A stretch of 64,000 nt of DNA from Podarcis erhardii (lineage: Eukaryota), in the NCBI GenBank assembly GCA_964252035.1, contig OZ176200.1; one strand, 5' to 3'. Below the pieces are notes generated by a model. The model ran no database searches and was not told the DNA's origin. It saw only the letters and a program-made list of their open reading frames with translations. The first letter of the stretch is position 1. Every line of letters starts with the position of its first letter. Below, one piece after another: positions 51,406 to 62,397 of this stretch. Made by a program: the position numbers and the translations under genes.

Positions 51406-53348
51406 TATTCATACAGTTGGTAAGGTTGCTGTACTTGGGGAGGAGGTGTTAGTGAAAGAAGCTGTGCCATGTTGTATTGCTGCATTTTCTGTTGTGCTCT
51501 CTTTTTCTTCCTCATCATTGTTTTTAAACTAGTCTTCCGCTTTTGTGGCTTAGTCGCTGCTCATTTCTCTTTGCTTGTTTTCCTTCACTGATTCTCAGTC
51601 CCTATCCCACTGGAGCTCACATTTGTTCCCATTCAATTTACTGAAACATGAAGTCGCTTTATTGGACTTAAGAGCTGATAATCCTTAAGATGGGTAGCCG
51701 GGAGTTTATGACTTGGTAGCCTCTGCCTGAAGCTTTGTGCAAATCCATTCATCCATTTAAAACATCAGCTTCTGTTCTCCTGTTTGGAAGCTTTTTCTTC
51801 TAAAAGAGAAGGCTTAGAAGATTTTAATTTAAACTGAGAGGTGCCACTACCTGAATGTGTTTTAGAAGTTGCACATATGCTTAAATCAGATCTGAGAGGA
51901 TTGGAGAGGCTTGAAACTATCTTAATAAACCTTGGAAGACAAGTCTTTGGTTTGATGCTGTACTCTCTGTTCTGGAGAGGAGCACTGTTGGTTTGAAGCT
52001 GATGTGCTACACCTGCTATAAGTTCTGTAGCCACAGAAATTGCCTTCTCCCAGCTCTGTCATTGAACTTAAATTAATGAACGGAGCTTTCATAGAGTACC
52101 CTCTCTATATAAATATAACTCTGTCTTATTCAAATTAACTTTGAGACTCCCAAATTGTCCTTGGTGCATAGCTATAAACCAGAAATGAGTACAGCATATT
52201 GAAATAGATGTCTGGTTGAGAGGAAATACCACCAGAATTACCAAAACTGTAAATTCCATTTGGTGTATCCTTTGATCTGTGTTTCATATTCTAAAATAAT
52301 CAGCTCTGAAATATTTTTTTAATAAGGCAAGAAAAGTATTTTTAATGGCTGAACAAATCACGTGTTGCAGAAGCTGCTGTCTTTGAGATGGCAAATCCTT
52401 GCACCGTTCTTCCCGATCAGGAGTGAAGAGATACATTGAGAGTTTTCCCCTTTGTGCTTGTCTGCACTGTTATCAAATGCAGGTAGTAAAATTAATTGTA
52501 ATGAAAAGTGAAACTGTCTGAATTGATGCAGCAGGAGCAAACTTATGCATTCACTTCAGTTCTTATTTACTGAGATAAAAGTGGACGGGCTTCAGCAGGT
52601 GAGAATCACCTCCATCTCCCTCTGTCTCTGTTTCATGCAAAACCCACTGATCCAAAACAGAGCTGGTAGATCAAGTTTATATTTTGCCAGTCTCAAATCG
52701 CTGTTTTCAGAGATTTCAGCACACACAAAACATGATTGCCTGAGAATAACAACCCCTATATTTTTTTCTTGGTTATTGTAGCATTAAGTTGCATTGCTTT
52801 TTTCCTAGAAGACTGCTGTGACTGTAGAGATGACAGATAATCTCTCAAATGGATTTGATAGCTTTTCATTATTAAAAGCTTTTTTGGCACCCTCCTTCAA
52901 GACTGAAGGGAGTTGGTGTCTTGGAAAAGAGAATATTGGACTGTGCTTTAGTAAACCAGGTCAGTGGCTTACTTGGTCAATTCCATTGTCTATGTAACTT
53001 GCTTAGTGATTTCTGGTCTAATAGGGATGAGCTTGGTTTCTGGAAGGTTTGTTCCTTCTGTCTGCATGATAGTGTCCATGTCCCCAGTTTATTGTCACAT
53101 CTTAACCAATTTGACATTCAGTCTACCATGAATGTATATGCATGTAAAATGGTAGGGGGTTTGAGGTACAGGGAAATTTGTGGAGTTGAAAGATAATTTT
53201 TATACGTTTTGTGAGGATATTTCTGTCAAATGGATTAATGAAATAAATGAATTTGGCTTGCTTCCTTTGGCTCAGGTGCAGGGTTTCTTTCCTGCAATCC
53301 AACAGCTTCACTTTGTGATTCTTTTGGATGTAATGTCTATACAAGTGT

Positions 53349-53497
53349 GGGATAGCTCAGTCAGTAGAGCTTGAAACTCTTAATCTCAGGGCTGTGGGTT
53401 CGAGCCCCACGTTGGGTGGAAGATTCCTGCATTGCAAGGGATTGGACTAGATGACCCACGTGGTCCTTTCCAACTCTACAGTTCTTTGATACTATGA
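53349..53497 (+). mobile_element. tRNA-Lys-derived SINE with CR1-like tail
   Basis: GGGATAGCTCAGTCAGTAGAGC..GA.ACTCTTAATCTCAGGG..GTGGGTTCGAGCCCCACGTTGGG, then GGACTAGATGACC...TTCCAACTCTAC...CTATGA. Confidence 0.75.
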
Positions 53498-54701
53498 AAA
53501 TGGACAGTAGACTGGATGTACTTAGGTCAAGGCCATATTTTAGGGAGAAGAGGATCTTCGAAACCTTCTCACAAAGTAAATTTAATTGCAGACCAAATCA
53601 GGCTGATGTGAGGGTCATGAAGTTTGCACAACCATAGTCTACAACAGTTTCCAAGACTCTGGGCTTGCAGTGTTTCTTTATTTTGCTAGGAGCCACCGGT
53701 GCAGTGCAGATACTGTAAACTGCAACTCCCATCATATCTTACCATTGACCATGGTGGCTGGAGCTGATGGGAGATGTAGTTCAAAACATTTAGAGGGCAA
53801 CATGTTTGCTTACATCCCGTGCAAATTATCTAATGCTTTGTGAGAATGATCCTATGCCCATGTGGTTGAACAGATCCTGCCCCCACTCTCAGTTGCATAT
53901 TTCTTTCTCATAGTGAACATATTGACTACCATTCTTTCCAGTCTTACGGAACTAAGGATGGAATTTGGTGTTGCACTATTAGAAATCAGCTTGCCAGAAG
54001 AAACAATCCCCCCTTCCCTGTGGACTGTTCTGGGGTTCTTGTGACCCCCAGAGCCAATTTCAAGGGGGCAGGGGGGAATTCCCACTGCACAAGCAGAAGC
54101 CCTTCCTGCTTCCTGTTCATTAGGTGAATTCTGCCAATGATCTTCCTTATTTTTTCATACTAGTTTGGGTATTTTATATTTGTGACCAAAAACTTGAGAT
54201 CGTATGCTAGAATGAAAGATTAATGTTTGGTATGACAAGTAATTTTATCCCCGTAGGCAAAAAAGTGTCTCATATCTGTGACTGACACAAGTTTGTTGGC
54301 CTGTCAGTTACAAGTTGATCCCATCCAAATTCATGTTCTGTCACATTCACTTAATTTTAGTTAATTGTAAGATTAATCTTTTCAGGCTAGGTATCAGTAT
54401 GCATAATAAGTTGTCTTCCCATAGAGCTGTGGGGAATGAAAACCAGAGAACCTTTCACAACAAGAAGATGATCTCTTCCTTTGACATAGCAAGCAGCCTT
54501 TGTTTCTCTTTCATTCCTCAGGATCCATGTCTAGAGATTATTGCTAATATCAATATAGTATGCCAACACAATAAATCTTCAGGTTTTAAAAGCCTCTTCT
54601 TATCTCATTCTTGTACACCAGTACATATTTTAGCACTTGGCATGATGTTTTCTAAAGCAGAATCCATTAGTTAGAGGTTAGATTCTTATTTTTAGGTTCA
54701 G

Positions 54702-54950
54702 TCATAGAATCGTAGAATCTTAGAGTTGGAAGGGACCCCCAGAGTCATCTAGTCCAACCCCCTGCAATGCAGGAATCTCAGCTAAAGCATTCCTGACAGG
54801 TGGCCATCCAACCTGTGCTAAAAAACCTCCAAGGAAGGAGAGTCCACCACCTCTCATGGGAGTCTGTTTCACTGCTGAACAGCTCTTACTGTCAGAAACT
54901 TTTTCCAAATGTTTAGTTGGAATCTCCTTTCTTGCAACTTGAAGCCATTG
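54702..54950 (-). mobile_element. CR1 LINE 3' fragment
   Basis: TCATAGAATC..AGAATC.TAGAGTTGGAAGGGACC...TCTAGTCCAACCCCCTGC is the reverse complement of the CR1 3' terminus and continues into an ORF2 remnant. Confidence 0.8.
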
Positions 54951-57822
54951 CAACATTGAAATGGAAACACCCAGCCTTTTCTTGCTGCATTTGCTAGAGA
55001 CAAAGTTTGCCTATTTCAAACTTAACCACATAGCATTTTAAATACACAAACATAACTTTTTATGTACATTGAACTAATATCCTTAAGATGAACTTCATGG
55101 TTTTTAGACTTTTTTATTGTGCAACTGAATATTATATGGATGCAATGCATTCTCTTGATTTAGATATTTGTATAGTTTTGTTCTGAAGCTCCTGTCTCAC
55201 ATCCACACTAAGTGATATAAGGATGAAAGCAAACCAGCTATTTAAGTGCTAATTTATAGGGCTTTGTGTGGTCTCTTTATTCCTGACCATAACTATGCAA
55301 TATAATGGCAACCTTTGTGCTCTGGAGTAATTGAGGGAAATGGCACGATTTAATTGATTTGGTTGAACTTATTCTTTTTTCTGTTAATTAAAAGTTCCAG
55401 GGTGTGTAGCATGTAGCTCAGATAAAGTATGGGAGTTCAAATGCAGGGCAGTGCTTGGTGACACTCAGGCTTTGGGGAAGGAATGTGAGATGGCTGGTTA
55501 AGAAGTCAGAGCTGGTTCAGCATTAATGCCAGAGCAGCTTTGCATTGACAGTGGAGGTTGCACAGGGCATTGGCAATCTTTTTTAAACGATGAAGAGGGA
55601 ATACACTGTGTATAACAAAAGCAGTTTATCCATGTGTCCAAAGTATCTAATTTAGCATTCCCAGTAATACTTCACATTTTCAGGGCAATTGTATGTACGC
55701 CAATTATTTGATAATGGTACTTGCTGTATGGGGAGAAAGCAAAGTCAGAAGCAGCCATATCCAAATTAGTTTCTAGGTTATACTTCCGAAGGGCTGCCTA
55801 TCCATCAGGTTTAGGTAAACGAGAACTTCCAATGGTAAGGCTTGTAAGTCACTGCAAACCTGCAGCATGGGACTTTTTGTCCCTTTCCTGTATCTCTGAG
55901 AAATTCCTTATTGTTCTTATAGTACATCCATCACTCTCACTGCTCAGAATATGCAAAAGTACTATTCTGCCAATGCTACATATTTTAGAAAGATATAACA
56001 TCAAACTAAATCTCTCACGTTATCAAGCTGGTTTCATAAGCTTTTGATTGGAAGCACCTGAAGGAGCCTTCTAGTAGAAAAGGTGAGTGGCTTGGAAAGT
56101 TCTTAAAATTAGATGTTAAGTTATACTCCTAGTCAAGCATACTAGTTAACCAAATAGATCAAGATAAACATTATTTGTAGGATTATGCTGAATGTTCTCT
56201 CATTTCACTTTTGAAGTAAAGCAATGCTTTCATGATGGGCAAAAGATACCTGCCCAGAGAAAAACAACCTTATGTATGTTCACATTATTTTGAACCTCTT
56301 AGCAGGAAATGGGAAGAAACAAATGGCAGCAGTTTGTGCCTTTTTTCCTTTGTAGAAGGATTTATTTAGGTCTTCTTTTTCCTTAATAGAGCCATTCATA
56401 TAATGAATGGATGACAATGCTATGTAACCAATGTGTTTTGCTATGTAGCTAATGTGTTACTATTTCTGATAATCCCAAATAGCAAATATTACTAAGCAAA
56501 AGCAAATCAAAGTCAATTCATAGTGCTGCTTCTTTGATTACTCAAATGGTGATTTTAGCTGAGGGATCACATCCTACAGAACAGAATTGCATCATGGTGC
56601 TGCTGTGAATCGAGTCATACCTAGCTACATGTTGATGTCTGTGAGGGAACACAAATCTCATCCAGAGTGAGAGGGTAGCAGTTCCTGAATAGCTGAGGAA
56701 TTCGGTCCACTTTTGAAGCAACCACTGAAACATTGCCTAATGTATGGAGAAAGCTTTTAATACTGGCAAAAATGTTTAAGAAAAAATATCCCTACTTAGT
56801 GCATAAAGGGGGATGAGAGAGAGAGACTCTGCTAAAAGCAACACTGCTGAATGAAGGCTACTATGGGTACAGTCCAGCCCAAGTAAAGTCTGTTTACATC
56901 TAATTGATTTTAATGAGGCAGACTTAAGTCTTTGATTACTTCTATTGAAATAAATTAGACTTAGAATTTGTCATATTTGTGCTTTTATTTGTGGCCTTGC
57001 AGTGTAGTTTGCATTACCTAGAGTCATCCTCTTAATTTTTTCAATGGTTTGGAATTCTAAAGGACATTCCATTGTCCTTGATCTACTACTGTTAAGCTCA
57101 TTGGTTCAGCTGTGATAGAGACAGATCTCCTCCTTCAGTTCGGCCATAGTCTTCCTTCTATTCGTCTGTGGGAGAAACAGTAACAAACTCTGCACCCCAA
57201 GGCAGCTTCAGTCAGCTAGCCATTGGCAGAGAGCTGACAGGCCCTGCAATTTCCAGCAGTAGCTGTGCCACCAGAGGCCATGTGAAGTGGCTCATAGTCA
57301 TGAATCATCCCTTCCCTACAGCAGTAACAGCCAAGCTAAAACTGTGCTAAATTCTACAGGTGAACTCTTTGGCTTAACTGCTGCCATTCTCTGCTGGACT
57401 GCTTGCCTCAGAAGTGTGGGAAAATGGCTGTTTGTACATAAGAGCATGGGCGAAAGTTTATTATTGCAGGGTGATTTCGTAGCAGGAGGCATCGCATGGA
57501 GCATGAACGGCACGTGAACAGCTCATGCTGTTCCAATGATTGGTTCACGTAGCATGGCCTGATCGACTACGTGGCCTGGTGTGATGGCATGATGCCCATG
57601 TATGGTGTTGTCTTTATCTGCCGGCTGAGGAAAAAGTTACCTTTTGGAATTTGTATGGTTCTATTGTGCACAATAAACGCTGAGCTGCAGCAGTCAGACT
57701 TTTTCAACCCATCTTGGTGTGAGACTGATTATTACTGATGGCGAGCAGGTTCTCGTCCCAGAAGGTCTGCTCCTCCTTTCAAACTTGTTAAGAGTTAGAT
57801 CATGCACAGAGAACCCTTATAA

Positions 57823-59710
57823 CACTGGTCAACAACAAATTTATTGTCTGCATTTTTTCAGTTGATTTAGGATGAATTTGATGCGCTGAATCTGAAAATC
57901 ACATTGGTTTTGCTCAATCAGGTCAAGTTTTTGAGCTACAGCCACGTGTCTTTTTTTACGTTTTTGTTCACATGTACGCTTGTGTGGAGCATTTTAGAAG
58001 AAGTTGGTGGGGGTAAAATGCCATGTCGAATAATTGTTTTGATTGGAAATGATTATTTTAATGACAATAAGTATTCAGGTCCGATAGTTCTGTGTGATTA
58101 TGTCGAAAAGGGATCAGTTTGAAGTCATAAAACCTCAAAATCTTCCATAAATTGGTGCGGATCCATAAATTGGTGGGATCAACAGAAAGAACCGGAGCAG
58201 CCTCAAGTATCCTGATCTTCAATCAGCACATCATCCTGTAGCTCATTGTGATGAAATTCCAGTGCCTATCTTTGGAGAACTTCCTGACAGTGACGAAGAT
58301 GCCTCCAGTGTTGAAGGACATGAAGAAGAAGAAGTGGTTCTTGAAGATGATGCTCCACATCCATTTTCCCAAAAGGAGTTGAATGATCTAGTTCGTGACC
58401 TCAGCTTATCAAAGGACTCTGCCGAACTGTTGGCATCCAGATTGAAGGAAAAAAACCTCCTCTCTGACAGTGCTCGCATCAGCTTCTTCCGCAACAGGCA
58501 TCAAGAGTACCTTCGTTTTTTCTCGGAAGAGAAGGACTTGGTGTACTGTGCAGATATTGTGCAGCTTCTGCTCAACCTTGGAGTGCTACAGTACGAACCC
58601 AAAGATTGGAGACTGTTCATTGACAGCAGCAAGCAATCACTGAAATGTGTTCTGCTACACAACGGCAACCAGTTTGCCTCTATACCCCTGGCTCACTCGA
58701 GTACACTGAAGGAGAACTATGAAGCGGTGAAGTATGTGCTGGAGAAAATTGGTTATGATCAGCATAAGTGGTTTATTTGTGTTGACCTGAAGATGGTGAA
58801 CTTTTTGTTGGGACAACAGTCTGGCTTCACCAAGTACCCATGTTTTCTGTGCATGTGGGATAGTAGGGACCGTGCTCAGCATTACACGAAGAAGGTCTGG
58901 CCTGTGCGGGAGGAATTGGTGCCTTGCAAAGAAAGGAACGTCATCAACAACCCTCTGGTGGACAGAGACAGAATACTCTTCCCACCCCTGCACATCAAGC
59001 TCGGCTTAATCAAGCAGTTCACCAAGGATGGACAAGGATGGTGACTGCTTCACTTACTTGTGCCAGGCTTTTCCAGGATTGACCATGGAGAAGTTGAAAG
59101 CTGGCATCTTTGACGGTTCTCAGATCCGTCAGCTCATCAGAGGTCCACAGTTCGGAAAGTCAATGAACGAAGTGGAACTGGAAGCTTGGAAGGCATTTGT
59201 TCTGGTAGTGAAGAACTTTCTTGGCAACAATAAGGCCAGAAACTATGCAGAACTTGTCAACAACATGCTGACTGCTTTCAGAAACCTGGGCTGCAACATG
59301 AGCGACAAGATGCACTACCTATTTTCACATATGGACCAGTTTCCTGAGAACCTGGGTTCAATGAGTGACGAGCAGGGGGGAGAGATTCCATCAGGACATG
59401 AAAGAGATGGAGACCAGGTATCAGGGTCGCTGGGACGCAGTCATGATGGCTGACTGCTGTTGGATTCTGAAGAGAGACCACCCTGCCGCTGAGCATTCCA
59501 GGAGTTCCAAGAAACGGAGTTTGAAAAATGGTGAAGCAACATGCAATTTACGTGTACTTACCTTTATCAATGCCCACCATTCAGTTTACAGTAAACCTGA
59601 CCTGATGGAGAGAAACGGATGCCATTTCCTGATTCAGCAGTGCAAAAATACCCTAAATCAGTTGTAGAAATCTAGACAACATTCAAAAAGTAAAAAATTG
59701 TTGCCCAGTG
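57823..59710 (+). mobile_element. Chapaev3 (CMC superfamily) DNA transposon, internally deleted
   Basis: TIRs CACTGGTCAACAA and TTGTTGCCCAGTG (12/13 match). 3-bp TAA TSD at 57820-57822 and 59711-59713. Imperfect subterminal inverted repeats. Encloses a transposase pseudogene. Confidence 0.85.
58175..59525 (+). pseudogene. Chapaev3 transposase remnant (two frameshifts, N-terminal zinc-finger region missing)
   Basis: Motifs FSQKELNDLVRDL, WRLFIDSS..SLKCVLLHNGN, PCFLCMWDSR, PPLHIKLGLIKQF, NFLGNNK, HYLFSH, SDEQGERFHQD, MMAD.CW. Frameshifts near 59026 and in the G run near 59375-59380. The C-terminal boundary is approximate. Confidence 0.85.
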
Positions 59711-59835
59711 TAATCACTTTTAGACTGTCCAAGTAGAGTACAGTAGTAAGACATGTGGCGGGAGACAGTGTGTTTCTGAATAGCAGTGATTTGAAGCCAC
59801 AGGAGGGGAGAGTGCTCTTGTAGCTCTTGAAAACC

Positions 59836-60301
59836 ATTTGTTTTCAAGCAGTGTGCTGTGGTATCCTGGGGTACCTTGAATACTGGTCAAGGGTGTCGCA
59901 GGCAACACTGGCCTCTGTCCCTCTTCCCTTCCCTTCCTCTTCTGATGCCCTCTTGCGTCTCTGCCTCCCAAAGGCTTGCACAGCTGTTTATTGCAGCAGC
60001 CCTGGCTATAAACTCCAGAAATAAATGGTGCCTCTGGGAGGTGCCTTTCTTTGGGATGGGGGGCAGCTCAGAGACCTGGAGCAGCAGCAGCAGCAGCAGC
60101 TGCCCAGAGGACTCCCAAGGAAGGAGGAGAGGAGGCTGAGAGAAGACTCCACAAGGGAGGGTGTTCGAAAAAGAGTGAGAGAGGCTGCCAGCTCTGCAGG
60201 CAAGGGGTAACATAACTGGGCTCCTGAGCCCCACAAGCGTGCCACAAAAAGAATGTAGTTGGTCAAGGGAGCTGTGGACTCAAGAAGGTTGAAAACCTCT
60301 G
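59836..60301. mobile_element. Possible degenerate non-autonomous hAT element containing (CAG)n
   Basis: The right end AAGGTTGAAAACCTCTG is hAT-like. The left end CATTTGTTTTCAAGC is a weak match and no TSD is visible. Confidence 0.3.
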
Positions 60302-60713
60302 CCTCAGTCAGTTGAACCTCCTAAGTAAATACCATCAAACCCACAATGAGAAAATGACCACACTGGCAGAGCCCTCACTCGATAAAATACTATGTTGTGG
60401 GTGTATTTATTTCTTTTCAGGGAACATATGAATATTTTATGGCAATATTAGCACATGTTCCATTCTTAAATTGCCTATAGGTTCATACATGTCAATAGAT
60501 TATCTTTAGCTCTGAGAAAGCCTTGCCTGGTTGTGGAATCATTTTCTAACATGCAGACTTAGGCACCTGCATACATTAAAAGTTGTATTCTTCTGTTAAG
60601 TTTGCTACCCAAATTATACAGTTGCATGTTCACCTGCAATCTGTGCCCTTGTAACTAGAAAAAAAGCAAATTCCTTCCAGTAGCACCTTAAAGACCAACT
60701 AAGTCAGTTCTTG

Positions 60714-60751
60714 GTATGAGCTTTCGTGTGCATGCACACTTCTTCAGATAC
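60714..60751 (-). ncRNA. Minimal type I hammerhead ribozyme motif (Penelope pLTR)
   Basis: Identical 38-nt motif on the minus strand. Confidence 0.8.
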
Positions 60752-61616
60752 ACTGAAACAGAAGTTTCCAGACCCTTCTATATAGTGAGAAGGTGGGGAG
60801 GGGTATTACTCAGAAGGGTGGTGGGAATGGGTGATTGGCAGATAGCTGTGATGAGCCTGTTGACGACTCTTAACGACTGCAATAGGTCTTACAGGAAAAA
60901 GCAAGGGGTGAAAAGGTGAAAAATGGCTTTGTCATGTATAATGAGATAAGAATCCAAGGTCTTTGTTCAGACCAGGTTTCTCCATGGTTTTAAGTTTGGT
61001 GATAAGTTGTAATTCAGCAGCTTCTCTTTCCAGTCTATTTCTGAAATTCCTTTGTAGTAAAACAGCTACTTTGAGATCTTGTATAGAATGTCCTGGGAGA
61101 TTGAAGTGTTCTCCTACTGGTTTCTCTGTCTTGTGATTCCTGATGTCCGATTTATGTCCGTTTATTCTTTGGCGTAAGGTCTGGCCTGTTTGTCCAATAT
61201 AGAGAGCTGAAGGACACTGTTGGCATTTTATGGCATACACAATGTTAGACGATGAGCAATTAAATAGTCCCGAGATGGTATGTGTGATGTTGTTGGGGCC
61301 AGTAATGGTGTTGTCCGGGTGTATGTGGCAGCAAAGTTGGCATCTGGGTTTATTGCAGGCTCTGGTGCCAGTGTCCGTGTTAGGTCTGGTTGTAGTATTA
61401 TTGTGGGTTAGGAGTTGTTTAAGACTGGGTGGCTGTCTGTAGGCAATGAAAGGTCTTCCTCCCAGAGCTTGAGAAAGAGAACTGTCATTGTCCAGGAGAG
61501 GTTACCTCCTTGCTTTTTCCTGTAAGACCTATTGCAGTCGTTAAGAGTCGTCAACAGGCTCATCACAGCTATCTGCCAATCACTATATAGAAGGGTCTGG
61601 AAACTTCTGTTTCAGT

Positions 61617-61654
61617 GTATCTGAAGAAGTGTGCATGCACACGAAAGCTCATAC
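61617..61654 (+). ncRNA. Minimal type I hammerhead ribozyme motif, sense in SLC49A4 intron 7
   Basis: Identical 38-nt motif; predicted cleavage after 61650. Confidence 0.8.
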
Positions 61655-62171
61655 TAAGAACTGACTTAGTTGGTCTTTAAGGTGCTACTGGAAGGAATTT
61701 GTTTTGTTTTGACTATGGCAGACCAACACGGCTACCTATCTGTAACTAGAAAAAAAGCATATGTGAGCTTGTAAGCTAATTTTCCATATGAAGAAGTAGC
61801 ACTTTGTGGTATTTCTCTTGCTTAGGAAAAGCATTATTTAACAATGCTGTCAATGTAGCTTGAAGCCCAGAATGACCGTAGCCCATGCTTCGATTCCTCT
61901 TGCTGTAGGCACTTTAAGATTGGAGAGTCTTGGGTATTTCTTTCTGGGGAAGTTGGAAGGAAAATGCCACAATATATGTCTAAACCAGCTTTGTTTCCCT
62001 TATTGCCTATACCAAAGTGAGCAGAGAGTTTTGTGTTTGTATCTTGGTTATAGTTTATCACAACCAAGCTAGTTTATCATTGCTATTCTACATTTCTGTT
62101 TAATAATAATTGATAATAGTAAATCAAAGCAGCTTACACTGACATTAAAATTATCAACATAAAAACAAATA

Positions 62172-62397
62172 CAGTAGTACCTCGGGTTACATACGCTTCA
62201 GGTTACAGACTCCGCTAACCCCAAAATAGTACCTCAGGTTAAGAACTTTGCTTCAGGATGAGAACAGAAATCGTGCTCCGACAGCGTGGCAGCAGCAGGA
62301 GGCCCCATTAGCTACAGTGGTGCTTCAGGTTAAGAACAGTTTCAGGTTAAGAATGGACCTCCAGAACGAATTAAGTACTTAACCTGAGGTACCACTG
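62172..62397. mobile_element. MITE family A copy
   Basis: TA|CAGTAGTACCTCGGGTTA ... TAACCTGAGGTACCACTG|TA. Confidence 0.88.

Larger units (their letters stand above)
60667..61747. mobile_element. Penelope-like retroelement, Neptune type (locus 2): minus ORF fragment plus inverted 3' end
   Basis: Uninterrupted minus-strand frame from about 61503 to 60932: PLLDNDSSLSQALGGRPFIAYRQPPSLKQLL...RACNKPRCQLCCHI...CSSSNIVYAIKCQQCP...GIY-YIG. The Cys-rich RT-EN linker is typical of Neptune. A 19-bp duplication TGTAACTAGAAAAAAAGCA lies at 60650-60668 and 61741-61759. Confidence 0.9.

Noticed and set aside
53349-53425. tRNA-Lys gene
   Set aside because: The cloverleaf is degenerate and runs directly into a CR1-type tail, so it is a SINE head. 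The same applies to 45144-45215 and 44864-44935.
59525-59667. C-terminal extension of the Chapaev3 transposase ORF
   Set aside because: Similarity ends near SKKRS. The rest looks like read-through into the 3' subterminal region after loss of the stop.
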